A stretch of DNA of 45,091 bases from Pseudomonadota bacterium (GCA_041179365.1 JBEGTP010000132.1:1-45091), one strand, 5' to 3'; positions 29,721-39,680 are shown, counted from the first letter of the stretch. Made by a program: numbers and translations. Notes: generated by a model not told the origin, from the letters alone.

Positions 29721-30829
29721 TAGCGGCCTCCCGTCGTTGCTGGCGGCTCGGGCAGGCGGCGCTTCATTTCGGGCAGCGCAAGATAGGGCGTCACGCCAGG
29801 CGTCTCCACGATCGTTTTATCAACGTTTGAGAGTACCTCTTCCATCGTTTCATAGTACATGCGGCGACGCGTAACGCCGGGCGCCAATCGATATTGTTCA
29901 TAGACCTTGTCGAAGCTCGCAGCCTCGCCCTGCGCGCGCTTGATGACCTGTTGCGCATAGGTTTTGGCATTGTTGATTTGCCCTTGAGCCTCTTGCTGCG
30001 CCGCGTTCACGTCACGAAACGCATCGTTCACTTCCTGCGGCGGCACGGCGTTGATAATCGCAACACCTTCGATGCGGATGCCAGAGTGATAGCCCGCGAG
30101 GACGCGTGTCATTTGCTGGCGCACCTCTTGCTCAATTTGATCACGCTGCGTGCCAACCGCTCCCGCAAAGCTCGCGCGAGAGACCACGGCCCGCATCGCG
30201 CTTTCGGCCACTTCTTGTATCGTGCCTTCCGGATCGGCGAGTTGGAATTTATAAAGCTCAGGGTCGGCAATCGACCAGCGCACGGTGTAGTCAAGGTCGA
30301 GGATATTCTGATCGCCGGTCAGCACAAAATTGGTGCCCGACATCGGCATCTTGAGTTCCCGAATATCCGTCACATTGACCTTTGCCACCGCTTCAAACGG
30401 CCAAGGCAATGTCATGCCAATGCCCGATTCGAGCGTCCGGTGATACGCGCCAAAGCGCGTGACTACGCCGCGCTCATTATAGGCAATCCGCCAAAAACAG
30501 GTAAAGATAAGCCAAAGCGCAAGGATGGCGAAGAGGCCGAGTCGAAGGGCCGGCCCACCCGGAATGCTTGGAAAGCCGCCACCAGACCCGCCGTCTCCAC
30601 CGCTGCCGCCGCCGCCGAGACGTTCGCGCATACGCTGCTGCAACTCGTCAAGCGAGGCTGCCCCGCGCCCGGTTCGCGGCTTGCCACCTTTCGGCGGCAG
30701 ATCCCACGGATTACGGGGACCGCCGCTTGGCTCGTCGGGCGCTCCTTCCGAATCGCGACTCCCCCACGGGCCCCCGTTTTGGTTAAACACTGCGGTTGCC
30801 CGCGACCACCAGCCATTTTTATCACTCAT
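29720..30829 (-). CDS. hflK: FtsH modulator HflK
   Basis: GPWG/NPW N-terminus, LTGDQNI, AESAMR, V.DAF.DV.AA, Y..APGVTRRRMYYETME. ATG at 30829 preferred. Confidence 0.95.
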   Translation of the reverse strand: MSDKNGWWSRATAVFNQNGGPWGSRDSEGAPDEPSGGPRNPWDLPPKGGKPRTGRGAASLDELQQRMRERLGGGGSGGDGGSGGGFPSIPGGPALRLGLFAILALWLIFTCFWRIAYNERGVVTRFGAYHRTLESGIGMTLPWPFEAVAKVNVTDIRELKMPMSGTNFVLTGDQNILDLDYTVRWSIADPELYKFQLADPEGTIQEVAESAMRAVVSRASFAGAVGTQRDQIEQEVRQQMTRVLAGYHSGIRIEGVAIINAVPPQEVNDAFRDVNAAQQEAQGQINNAKTYAQQVIKRAQGEAASFDKVYEQYRLAPGVTRRRMYYETMEEVLSNVDKTIVETPGVTPYLALPEMKRRLPEPPATTGGR

Positions 30830-30900
30830 AGAAGCCCAATATAGGGCGGCATTTTGCGAAAAACAGTGGCGAAGCGAATTTCTCTCACTAGAGACGGCAC

Positions 30901-31896
30901 ATGACCGATGTTGAGACACTGACCCAGACGCTAAACACGCTTGCTGATCCGCTTGGAAAGGGTGGCCTCCTTGATGCAGGCCGCGTCGCGACGCCCAAGC
31001 TTGTCGATGGCAAAGCCAGCCTCATTCTCGATGTATCTGGCCTGTCGCCTGCGCAGCGGGATGCGCTCGATAAGGCGGTGCATCAGGCCCTTGAAGCGCT
31101 TCCGGGCATCAGCGAAATCCGCGTCGCGATGACGAGTGAACGAACGGGACGGCGCATTATTGCTGTCGCAAGCGGCAAGGGCGGCGTCGGCAAATCAACC
31201 GTTTCGGTCAATCTAGCGATTGCGCTCGCACGCGCAGGGATGAAGGTCGGGCTCGTTGACGCCGATATTTACGGGCCTTCGCAACCGCGACTGACGGCGA
31301 CTGACGGCATGCGCCCAGACGCTGCCGACAAAAAACTGATTGCGGTCCCCACCGCCTTTGGCGTGCCTCTGCTGTCTATGGGGCATCTTGTGAAGCCTGG
31401 CCAAGCGATCGCTTGGCGTGGGCCAATGGCAGGCAATGCGCTATCCCAGCTGATCGACGCCGAATGGGGCGACGCCGAAGTCCTGATCGTTGATATGCCG
31501 CCGGGCACTGGCGACGTGCAACTTTCTATGGTGCAAAAGCATAAGCCCGCAGGCGCGCTGATCGTCTCGACCCCGCAAGACCTTGCCCTCATCGACGCCG
31601 AGCGTGCCATCGATCTTTTTAACACCGCAGGTGTGCCGATCATTGGCATTGTTGAAAATATGGCGGGCTATGCCTGCCCCACGTGCGGCGACATTTCTGA
31701 CCCCTTCGGGTCCGGCGGGGCTGAGCGCGCGGCGGCGGATATGGGACATCCTTTTCTTGGGCGCATTCCCCTTACCCCCGCAATCCGCATCGCGTCTGAC
31801 GCGGGGGAGCCGCCAGCGGCAGGTGACGGCCCCGAAGCCGCACCTTTCACCGCGATCGCCCAACGCCTCAAGACTTGGCTATTGAACAGCAAATGA
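30901..31896 (+). CDS. mrp: Mrp/ApbC Fe-S cluster carrier ATPase
   Basis: ASGKGGVGKST, DADIYGPS, DMPPGTGD, ENMAGYACPTC. Confidence 0.95.
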   Translation: MTDVETLTQTLNTLADPLGKGGLLDAGRVATPKLVDGKASLILDVSGLSPAQRDALDKAVHQALEALPGISEIRVAMTSERTGRRIIAVASGKGGVGKSTVSVNLAIALARAGMKVGLVDADIYGPSQPRLTATDGMRPDAADKKLIAVPTAFGVPLLSMGHLVKPGQAIAWRGPMAGNALSQLIDAEWGDAEVLIVDMPPGTGDVQLSMVQKHKPAGALIVSTPQDLALIDAERAIDLFNTAGVPIIGIVENMAGYACPTCGDISDPFGSGGAERAAADMGHPFLGRIPLTPAIRIASDAGEPPAAGDGPEAAPFTAIAQRLKTWLLNSK

Positions 31897-32309
31897 CACC
31901 CCTTTCAGACACCGCGCTTGCCGCGCTTTTTAAGGCAACGAACACAATCGCGCTGGTCGGCGCATCGCCAAAAAAAGAACGCGACTCTTACCGCGTGATG
32001 CGTTTTCTGCTCGACAAAGGGTTTAAAGTTATCCCCGTTAATCCGGGCTTAGAGGGCCAAGAAATTCTTGGGCAAAAAGTCTATTGGTCGCTTGCGGCGA
32101 TTGAGGGGCCCGTTGATCTGGTCGATATTTTCCGCAACTCCGAAGCTGCGGGCACCGTCGTGGATGAAGCCATCGCCATCGGCGCTCAGGCGATTTGGAT
32201 GCAGCTTGGTGTGATTAACGAAGCCGCTGCCAAACGCGCCCATGCGGCAGGGCTGAGTGTCGTGATGGACCGGTGCCCAAAAATTGAGATGCCGCGACTG
32301 GGGCTTTAG
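31893..32309 (+). CDS. CoA-binding protein (YccU-like)
   Basis: IALVGAS, VIPVNP, DLVDIFR, WMQLG, VVMDRCPKIE. Confidence 0.92.
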   Translation: MTPLSDTALAALFKATNTIALVGASPKKERDSYRVMRFLLDKGFKVIPVNPGLEGQEILGQKVYWSLAAIEGPVDLVDIFRNSEAAGTVVDEAIAIGAQAIWMQLGVINEAAAKRAHAAGLSVVMDRCPKIEMPRLGL

Positions 32310-32318
32310 CAAAAAGCG

Positions 32319-33086
32319 CTAGCGGACAGAGGCTGTCGCTGCGCGGTCTTTGAGGCGCGAGACGGCTTGCGCGTGAATGCCCTCGCTTGTCGCAAGAACG
32401 CCGAACGCCTCGGGCCGGGTTGAGTTAAACCGCAGCATCGCGCCGTGTGCATCGGTGACACGCGCGCCGGCTTCCTGCGCAATGAGTGCTGCAGCAGCGA
32501 TATCCCATTCATTCCCCCAACGCAGTGCCGCCACCAGATCCGCCTCATCGGCTGCAACCATCGCAATTCTGAGCGCAATCGAATTCGGCTTGTCGACGAC
32601 AATGAGATCCGCATCAGACTTGGGCAAGACATCCGCAGGCACCCGCGCGCCGCTCAGCGCTGTCCGCTGGCTGGCAGTAAGGGCAACATCGTTTCGCCAT
32701 GCGCCTTGCCCCAAGGCGGCGCGCCAATGCTCTCCGCGTGCGGGCGCATCAAGCACACCGTGCGTCACCCGCCCGCCCTCGACGCGCGCTATCGAAACCG
32801 ACCAACCGGGACGACCGCGAACAAAGTCGCGCGTTCCGTCTATGGGATCAACGACCCAAACCCGCGCGCGCAGCAGCCGCTCGGCACTGTCAGCTGTTTC
32901 CTCAGAGAGCCAACCCGCTTCGGGGTCGAGCTTCTTGAGCTCGGCTTTCAAAAAGGCATCGACCGCGAGATCGACTTCGCTCACCGGGTTTCCGGGTGCT
33001 TTTTCCCATTGTTCAAAATCACCCCGAAAGCGCGCCATAGCGAGCGCGCCAGCGGCGCGCGCAATTTCACTGAGCGACTCAATCAC
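32319..33086 (-). CDS. Inositol monophosphatase family / CysQ-like nucleotidase
   Basis: WLSEE, WVVDPIDGTRDF, EWDIAAA..IA.EAG. Confidence 0.9.
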   Translation of the reverse strand: MIESLSEIARAAGALAMARFRGDFEQWEKAPGNPVSEVDLAVDAFLKAELKKLDPEAGWLSEETADSAERLLRARVWVVDPIDGTRDFVRGRPGWSVSIARVEGGRVTHGVLDAPARGEHWRAALGQGAWRNDVALTASQRTALSGARVPADVLPKSDADLIVVDKPNSIALRIAMVAADEADLVAALRWGNEWDIAAAALIAQEAGARVTDAHGAMLRFNSTRPEAFGVLATSEGIHAQAVSRLKDRAATASVR

Positions 33087-34425
33087 CGGCGAGCGTCATG
33101 CCGTCCACGCGCAAAGTCGGCGCGTTGGTGGCATATTTGAAGATGAGATCATCGGCAGGGATAATCGCGGCAAACATCGCTTTCAAATTGCCCGCAATCG
33201 TCACCTCGTCAACGGGCTCGGCAATGTGGCCATCGCGGATGACGAAGCCTGACGCGCCGCGGCTATAATCGCCGGTGAGGCCATTGACGCCCTGCCCGAT
33301 AAGGCCAGTAACATAGAGGCCAAGCTTGATATCAGCCATGAGCGCGGCGGGAGAGAGGGTGCCTGGCTCCATGTGAAGATTTGAAACGCCAGCGCCCGGT
33401 GCGCCTCCGACCCCGCGCTGGGCGTGCCCCGTAGGCTCTAACCCCAATTGGCGCGCTGAAGCTGATTCGAGGAGCCAGCCGGTCAACACGCCGGCGTCAA
33501 TCAGCGTCCGCCGTGCCGTGGGCAGGCCTTCCCCATCGAAGGGTTTGGACCGCAATCCACGCAGCCGCAACGGATCGTCGATGATTGTAATGCCAGCCGC
33601 GAAGACAGGTTTGCCCAAAGCATCGAGAAGGAAACTCGTTTTGCGCGCGATGCCACTGCCAAGGATTGCACCTGCGAAATGCCCAATAAGGCTCGGGCCG
33701 GTGCGCGGATCAAAGATGATCGGCATGGGGCCGCTTTTGAGGCGGATTGGGTTCAAACGCTTGACCGTTCGTTCCCCCGCCTCGCGGCCAATCGCTTCGG
33801 GCGCTTCAAGATCGGCAAGATACCGCATGCTCGAATAGGCATAGTCTCGCTGCATGGCACTGCCTTCGCCCGCAAGAACGCTTGCCGAGGTGCCGTGCGC
33901 TGTACCCGCATACGCCCCAGAAAAGCCGTGACTCGTCGCGAGCGCAACAACGCCGCGCGAGGCACTGGCACTCCCGCCCTCACTGTTTGTCACGCCAGGA
34001 ACGGCGCGGGCCGCTTCCTCAGCCATAAGGGCCCGCGCGCGCAAATCCTGCGGCGAAACGTCTATTCCGTCATCACTCTCAAGATCAGGCAAGGCGCGCG
34101 TCATCAACCGGTCTTGTGGCGCAAGGCCCGCAAACTCATCCTCGGGGGCCTCTCGCGCCATCGCGACGGCCCGCTCGGCGAGCGCTGCCAAGGCTTGTGT
34201 AGACAGATCGGAGGAAGAAGCGGAGGCCGAGCGCTTGCCGACAAACACCCGCAAGCCAATGTCTTCGCCTTCAGACCGTTGCACATCCTCGAGCATACCA
34301 AGCCGAACTTGGACATCGGTTGAGCCGCTCGCGACATAAATCGTATCGGCGGCATCGGCCCCGGCGCGCACGGCGCGGGTGATAAGATCGGTGGCGCGCT
34401 CTTGCGCTTCGTGAACGGTCAACAT
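33079..34425 (-). CDS. pmbA: TldD/PmbA family protein (PmbA/TldE)
   Basis: MQRDY, PFDGEG, GQGVN.LTGDYSRGASGF, EVTIAGNL. Confidence 0.9.
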   Translation of the reverse strand: MLTVHEAQERATDLITRAVRAGADAADTIYVASGSTDVQVRLGMLEDVQRSEGEDIGLRVFVGKRSASASSSDLSTQALAALAERAVAMAREAPEDEFAGLAPQDRLMTRALPDLESDDGIDVSPQDLRARALMAEEAARAVPGVTNSEGGSASASRGVVALATSHGFSGAYAGTAHGTSASVLAGEGSAMQRDYAYSSMRYLADLEAPEAIGREAGERTVKRLNPIRLKSGPMPIIFDPRTGPSLIGHFAGAILGSGIARKTSFLLDALGKPVFAAGITIIDDPLRLRGLRSKPFDGEGLPTARRTLIDAGVLTGWLLESASARQLGLEPTGHAQRGVGGAPGAGVSNLHMEPGTLSPAALMADIKLGLYVTGLIGQGVNGLTGDYSRGASGFVIRDGHIAEPVDEVTIAGNLKAMFAAIIPADDLIFKYATNAPTLRVDGMTLAGD

Positions 34426-34440
34426 GGGGCGGCGTTAGCG

Positions 34441-35364
34441 CTACGCACTCGATCCGACAACTGCCATCGCTATCGCGACAAGGAACCCGGCAAAGCGGTT
34501 CGCCCGAAATTTGGCAAGCGGGTCCACCGGATCATCGGGCTTGAGCGTGAAGACCTGCCACGCCAGATGCAGCGCCGCCGGTGCCAAGGCCATCAGCGCA
34601 AGCCCTTGCGGACGAACGCTCCAGAGCGCTGAGGCCCATAGCATAAGCGCAAGCGTGTAAAACAGCGCAACACCGCCTCGCACACGCCCACCGAGCGCGC
34701 GCGCCGAAGACCGGACACCCACGAGCGCGTCATCCTCGCGGTCTTGGAGCGCATAGATCGTATCGTAACCGATCACCCACGCGATACTCCCGGCATAAAC
34801 CAACCCCAGCGTGGGCGAGATCTGACCCGTCACGGCGGTCCAGCCCACCGGTGCACCCCAAGAAAAGACAAGCCCGAGCCAAGCCTGCGGCCACCAGGTG
34901 ATCCGTTTCATAAAGGGATAAGCTGCCACAAGAACAAGGCTGGCGAGCGCTGTGACCTGCGCTGCAAGCCTGAGCTGAAACAAGACGATGAGGCCAACAA
35001 GCGCAAGGCCGACCAAAAAGGCCCACGCCGCCTTCAGGCTGACGACGCCCGCGGCGAGAGGGCGGGCCGCCGTACGCGCGACTTGGCGGTCGAGATCACG
35101 GTCAATAATATCATTGTAAACGCACCCCGCGCTGCGCATGACAATCGCGCCAAGCAACATCCAGAGCGCAAGCGGCCAATGGGTGCGAAGGCCACCCGAA
35201 AGGCCGAGGCCGTAAAGACACGGCCAATAAAGCAGCCACCAGCCAATCGGCCGATCAAAGCGAGCGAGAAGCGCGAAGGGCTTCAGCGGAGTTGGAAGAA
35301 GCCCGACCAGCCCGCGATATTGCGTGTCGGGAACAATTGCTGTTTCGGAGGGCTCGGCTGTCAT
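34441..35364 (-). CDS. ubiA: 4-hydroxybenzoate polyprenyltransferase
   Basis: RFDRPIGWWLL, MRSAGCVYNDIIDRDLD, YPFMKR, YDTIYALQDREDD. Confidence 0.96.
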   Translation of the reverse strand: MTAEPSETAIVPDTQYRGLVGLLPTPLKPFALLARFDRPIGWWLLYWPCLYGLGLSGGLRTHWPLALWMLLGAIVMRSAGCVYNDIIDRDLDRQVARTAARPLAAGVVSLKAAWAFLVGLALVGLIVLFQLRLAAQVTALASLVLVAAYPFMKRITWWPQAWLGLVFSWGAPVGWTAVTGQISPTLGLVYAGSIAWVIGYDTIYALQDREDDALVGVRSSARALGGRVRGGVALFYTLALMLWASALWSVRPQGLALMALAPAALHLAWQVFTLKPDDPVDPLAKFRANRFAGFLVAIAMAVVGSSA

Positions 35365-35378
35365 GCTAGGCTGTCTTT

Positions 35379-36125
35379 ATGACTGCTACGCCCTCTTGGC
35401 CACCCGAAAGCTGCCCACGCCTTTTTGTCGAGGACCCACTGAGCGAAGGCGAGGAGCGCCGAATCGATGGCGGGTCAGCGCATTACCTCCTCTCGGTCAT
35501 GCGGCTCAAAACTGGCGCACCGGTCAAGCTTTTCGACGATCAGACCGGCGAATGGCTCGCCGAAGTGGCGCTTGTTGGAAAGCGAGATTTGATTGTGCGC
35601 GTAACCGGCTTGCTCCGCCCGCGCGAGGCCGTGCCCGATCTATGGCTCATCGTCGCCCCCATCAAGAAAGCACGGATTGACTGGGTTGCCGAAAAAGCCT
35701 GTGAGCTTGGCGTTGCCCGCTTGGTTCCGGTCGTGACGCAGCGGACAATCATCGACAAGCTCAAGACCGACCGCTTGCGCGCACACATGATCGAAGCCGC
35801 AGAACAATGCGGGCGCACCACGCTGCCGCGCCTCGGAGATACAGTCAAACTTGCGGCGCTGCTCAAAACCTGGCCCGAAGCGCGAACGCTTTTCTTTGCC
35901 GATGAAACGGGCGGGATCGCGATGCCCGACGCAGTCGCGGAACACGCTGGTCCGGCCGCTATCCTCATTGGGCCCGAAGGCGGGTTTACCGCTGAAGAGC
36001 GCGCCCTCATTTGCGCTGTGCCGCAAGCGATTGGGATTTCACTCGGGCCGCGCATCCTGCGCGCCGAAACCGCGGCGCTTGCCGCTGTCAGCCTTTGGAT
36101 GGCCGCAGCGGGAGACTGGCACTAG
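35379..36125 (+). CDS. rsmE: 16S rRNA m3U1498 methyltransferase
   Basis: HYL..VMRL, EKACELGV, EAAEQC, IGPEGGF, LGPRILRAETA. Confidence 0.97.
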   Translation: MTATPSWPPESCPRLFVEDPLSEGEERRIDGGSAHYLLSVMRLKTGAPVKLFDDQTGEWLAEVALVGKRDLIVRVTGLLRPREAVPDLWLIVAPIKKARIDWVAEKACELGVARLVPVVTQRTIIDKLKTDRLRAHMIEAAEQCGRTTLPRLGDTVKLAALLKTWPEARTLFFADETGGIAMPDAVAEHAGPAAILIGPEGGFTAEERALICAVPQAIGISLGPRILRAETAALAAVSLWMAAAGDWH

Positions 36126-36164
36126 GCCTTTTTCTCTCCAAAGCCGGTCCAGACCACGTTGTTT

Positions 36165-36611
36165 TTATCCGCGCCCTCTGTACGGGGGGACGCCTTGATC
36201 GGGCACCCAGAGATCAGCAGGCGGAGCCGCTGTCTGCCAGAAAACGTCAATTGGAATGCCGCCGCGTGGATACCAATAGCCGCCGATCCGAAGCCAGATG
36301 GGCTTCATTTCAGCCACCAGCCGCTGCGCAATGCCGATGGTGCAATCCTCGTGAAAAGCCGCATGATTACGAAACGCGCCGAGAAAAAGCTTGAGCGCTT
36401 TTGATTCAACAATCGTTTTGCCCGGAACATAGTCGATCACCAGATGCGCAAAATCGGGCTGGCCTGTTACCGGGCAGAGCGACGTAAATTCCGGGCATAC
36501 AAAGCGCACCAGATATTGCGTACCGACGCGTGGGTTTGGCGGAAAGTCGAGCACGGCTTCGGAAGGGCTGGCGGGCAGCGCGCTCGCTTGGCCAAGGTGT
36601 TTCATCGTCAT
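36165..36611 (-). CDS. queF: preQ0 nitrile reductase (short type)
   Basis: [34 protein letters not shown]. Confidence 0.97.
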   Translation of the reverse strand: MTMKHLGQASALPASPSEAVLDFPPNPRVGTQYLVRFVCPEFTSLCPVTGQPDFAHLVIDYVPGKTIVESKALKLFLGAFRNHAAFHEDCTIGIAQRLVAEMKPIWLRIGGYWYPRGGIPIDVFWQTAAPPADLWVPDQGVPPYRGRG

Positions 36612-36686
36612 GTCGCTTTGTTAACGCGCCAGCGCGCGCTGTCCAGCCACTTCAGCCGCAGGAAGAACTTGGTTCTGGTTCAGGGT

Positions 36687-37181
36687 TTAGGGTTTAGGCT
36701 TGGGCTCAGCCATACAGGCATCAAACAAGGCTTTGGCCGCCTTAAAATCGGTCAGTGCCATGCTGAAAACGATTTTTCCTTCAACACGGGCTTCAACGAT
36801 GACTTGATCTGGGATCAAGTTCATCTCTCCCGCCACATCATAAGGCACATAAAGCGCAAGCGACTGCGAATCGGGAATGATGAACGCTTGGCGCGATTGG
36901 GGCTTGGTTCCGAGCGTCAAATCAATCTTCGTTTCTTGGCCAACCAGCGCTGCTGAATCGAGGCTGACAATGGCAAAACCGCCGCTATTGCCCCCGTCGG
37001 GTTCAACGATCATGAAGAGCGTTCGCTTTTGCATCACCCGCGCAACCGCGCCGCAAAGCCCGTCGCTCGACCGGCTTACTGTCCAGTCGCCAACTGAACT
37101 CGAGTCGAACGCCCATCCCGGGATACTCGCACCCGCCGTGACCGCAACAAACGTGATCGCATAAGACAAGAACTTGAGCAT
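36687..37181 (-). CDS. Hypothetical exported protein
   Basis: Signal peptide ending GWA, GDWTV...C...C pattern, GAGG RBS before ATG at 37181; family not recognised. Confidence 0.65.
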   Translation of the reverse strand: MLKFLSYAITFVAVTAGASIPGWAFDSSSVGDWTVSRSSDGLCGAVARVMQKRTLFMIVEPDGGNSGGFAIVSLDSAALVGQETKIDLTLGTKPQSRQAFIIPDSQSLALYVPYDVAGEMNLIPDQVIVEARVEGKIVFSMALTDFKAAKALFDACMAEPKPKP

Positions 37182-37302
37182 TTGATTGACCTCAAAAAGA
37201 CGCGTGCGCATCAAAATCTTTATGCATTGGTGCGCCGCCTGTCATCTTGTTTCAGCCTTTCGCCCCTTGGACAGGGCCGAGGCAAAAGGCTAGAGCGCTG
37301 GC

Positions 37303-38484
37303 ATGATGCCTAAAAAAACCAAACCAGCAACGCAAGTCGTAACCGCGGGCCGCCGCCCGGCCTGGACCGGGCCGATTGTAAATCCCGCCGTCTGGCGCGC
37401 GTCCACCATTCTCTATGACGATGTGAAAAGCCTTAAAGCTGGTAATCTTTCAAACAAAGACGGCGATTTTTTTTACGGGCGGCGCGGAACGCCTACGCAG
37501 TGGGCGCTCGCCGAGGCCTTGACCGAACTTGAGCCCGGTGCACACGGAACGATGCTTTATCCCTCTGGCGTCGCCGCAGTTACGGGGGCGCTGCTCTGCT
37601 TGCTTTCGCCCGGCGACTCGCTGCTGATGACAGACAATGCCTATGATCCGACACGCAGCTTTTGCGACGGCTTCCTTTCGCGCTTCGGCGTTGAGACCGT
37701 TTATTACGACCCGCTTATTGGTAGCGGCATCGCGGACCTCGTGACCGACAAGACGCGTGCGATCTTTATGGAATCGCCGGGCAGCCACAGCTTTGAGGTG
37801 CAGGATGTTCCCGCCATTGTCGCGGTGGCGAAGGCAAAGCATATTGCAACCGTGCTCGACAATACTTGGGCGACGCCGCTCTTCTTTTCGGCCATGGCGC
37901 ACGGCGTTGATCTTTCGATTATTGCGGGCACAAAATATATCGTCGGTCATAGCGATGCCATGATCGGGTCTGTGACGGCGAGCGCCGCGCACTACCCTGC
38001 CTTGCGCAAAACAGCGCAGCAGCTCGGTCATCATGTCGGCGCCGACGATTGCTGGCTTGCGCTGCGCGGGCTGCGGACCCTCCATGTCCGGATGCAACAG
38101 CATCAAGCGAGTGCGCTCAAGATCGCACATTGGCTCAAAGCACAGCCGCAAGTCGCCCGCGTGCTCCATCCGGCGCTCCCCGATTGCCCAGGCCATGCGG
38201 TATGGCAGCGAGATTTTAACGGGTCATCGGGCCTGTTTAGCATCATCCTCAACGGCGGGGCCGAGGCCCAGCGCGACGCCGTAATTGATGCGCTCCATCA
38301 CTTTGGTATTGGTTACAGCTGGGGCGGCTTTGAGAGCCTTGCGGTACCTTCGGACCCGGCGCGCTACCGAACGGCAGTCCCTTGGACTGCGGCGGGCCCC
38401 GGTATTAGGCTGCAAATTGGCCTCGAAGACCCCGATGATCTTATTGCTGACCTTTCCCAAGCCCTCTCGCTTTTTGCGCCGTAA
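37303..38484 (+). CDS. metC: Cystathionine beta-lyase
   Basis: YGRRGTPT, DNTWATP, AGTKYIVGHSD (PLP lysine), GYSWGGFESL, IGLEDPDDLIADL. Confidence 0.95.
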   Translation: MMPKKTKPATQVVTAGRRPAWTGPIVNPAVWRASTILYDDVKSLKAGNLSNKDGDFFYGRRGTPTQWALAEALTELEPGAHGTMLYPSGVAAVTGALLCLLSPGDSLLMTDNAYDPTRSFCDGFLSRFGVETVYYDPLIGSGIADLVTDKTRAIFMESPGSHSFEVQDVPAIVAVAKAKHIATVLDNTWATPLFFSAMAHGVDLSIIAGTKYIVGHSDAMIGSVTASAAHYPALRKTAQQLGHHVGADDCWLALRGLRTLHVRMQQHQASALKIAHWLKAQPQVARVLHPALPDCPGHAVWQRDFNGSSGLFSIILNGGAEAQRDAVIDALHHFGIGYSWGGFESLAVPSDPARYRTAVPWTAAGPGIRLQIGLEDPDDLIADLSQALSLFAP

Positions 38485-38489
38485 CAAGT

Positions 38490-38515
38490 GAAACCTTTTG
38501 CCAAGCTAACGCGAA
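38490..38515 (+). promoter_or_regulatory. Putative ECF sigma promoter (ECF16/SigF-like)
   Basis: GAAACC-N16-CGAA, one mismatch from the GTAACC-N16-CGAA consensus I recall for Caulobacter SigF; 32 bp before msrB. Confidence 0.5.
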
Positions 38516-38547
38516 TGCGCTGTTGAACCATCACACGGAGCTGACCG

Positions 38548-39027
38548 ATGAACACGACACGAAGAGCCATGATCTTGGGCGGATCAACACTGATCGTTAG
38601 CCTCGCCGCGTGCAAGAATGTGGCGGCAAAGCCTGAGGTTTTTGCCTATTCACTCAGCGATGCGCAGTGGAAAACGACACTTTCACCTGCGGCTTATCAA
38701 ACGCTGCGCCACGAAGCGACCGAACGCCCGTTTACCAGCCCGCTCAACACCGAGCACCGTCGCGGCACTTTCGCATGCGCCGGATGCGCCCTGCCGCTTT
38801 TCAGTTCAACGACAAAATTCGATAGTGGAACGGGCTGGCCGAGCTTTTGGCAACCGCTCTCAAAGGCGATTGGCAGCAAAACCGATTCGCAGTTTGGCGC
38901 GACACGCACTGAGGTCCATTGCAACCGGTGCGGCGGCCACCAAGGCCATGTTTTTGACGATGGGCCAAAGCCGACCGGCAAGCGCTATTGCATCAACGGC
39001 GTCGCGCTTCGGTTTGTGCCGGCATGA
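38548..39027 (+). CDS. msrB: Methionine-R-sulfoxide reductase, exported (Tat lipoprotein-like)
   Basis: TRR signal plus LAAC lipobox; CAGC and CNRC zinc pairs; KFDSGTGWPSF, GHVFDDGP, RYCING. Confidence 0.95.
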   Translation: MNTTRRAMILGGSTLIVSLAACKNVAAKPEVFAYSLSDAQWKTTLSPAAYQTLRHEATERPFTSPLNTEHRRGTFACAGCALPLFSSTTKFDSGTGWPSFWQPLSKAIGSKTDSQFGATRTEVHCNRCGGHQGHVFDDGPKPTGKRYCINGVALRFVPA

Positions 39028-39680
39028 GCGCGCACCGCATCCTTACCGCGCTCATCGCTGGACTGGTCAGTCTTCCGCTCATCACAAGCTGTGACGCCGC
39101 TCCGCCCGTTGGCGTGCCCGCTGCCGCTGTCAGCCCCGCTGAACCGGGAACAAGCGCCGTCGCCGTGCTCGCCGGAGGGTGTTTCTGGGGCATGGAAGCG
39201 GTCTTTGAGGAGATGAAGGGCGTCAAATCTGTGGTCTCGGGCTTCGCGGGTGGCGCGTCTACGACCGCGACCTATGATCAGGTTTCAACGGAAACCACAG
39301 GCCATGCCGAAGCCGTTCAAATCCACTATGACCCTCGCGTGGTGAGCTATGCAACGCTCTTGCGGGTCTATTTCTCCGTCGCGCATAACCCAACCGAGCG
39401 CAACCGGCAGGGCCCCGACACCGGACCAAGCTACCGCTCAGCGATTTTTCCGCAAAATGCTCTCCAGCGTCAAATTGCGACGGCGTATATTGCCCAGCTC
39501 GACCGCGCGAAAATCTTTCCGCGTGCAATCGTGACGCGCCTTGAAAGTGGGCGCTTCTTTCCTGCTGAAGCCTATCATCAAGATTTTGCACGGCGTAACC
39601 CAAATTACGGCTATATTGTTCGCTGGGATGCACCCAAAATCCGTGCGCTCAAGGTGCTTTTTCCCCAGCTTGTCAAATAG
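39024..39680 (+). CDS. msrA: Methionine-S-sulfoxide reductase, lipoprotein-like
   Basis: GGCFWG, TGHAEAV, RQGPD.G..YRSAIF, AEAYHQ; signal with ITSC lipobox; ATGA overlap with msrB. Confidence 0.95.
   Translation: MSAHRILTALIAGLVSLPLITSCDAAPPVGVPAAAVSPAEPGTSAVAVLAGGCFWGMEAVFEEMKGVKSVVSGFAGGASTTATYDQVSTETTGHAEAVQIHYDPRVVSYATLLRVYFSVAHNPTERNRQGPDTGPSYRSAIFPQNALQRQIATAYIAQLDRAKIFPRAIVTRLESGRFFPAEAYHQDFARRNPNYGYIVRWDAPKIRALKVLFPQLVK

Noticed and set aside
29894-30844. Long antisense or alternate-frame ORFs (also 32377-33252, 19456-20232, 37450-38196, 4839-5570)
   Set aside because: They are shadows of well-supported genes in GC-rich DNA and carry no recognisable motifs.
36612-36686. preQ1 riboswitch upstream of queF (and FMN riboswitch upstream of the rib genes)
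   Set aside because: No recognisable aptamer consensus, and the leaders are short.
36683-36698. GGGTTTAGGGTTTAGG resembling the plant telomere repeat
   Set aside because: Only about two units, and explained by Pro-Lys codons on the opposite strand.
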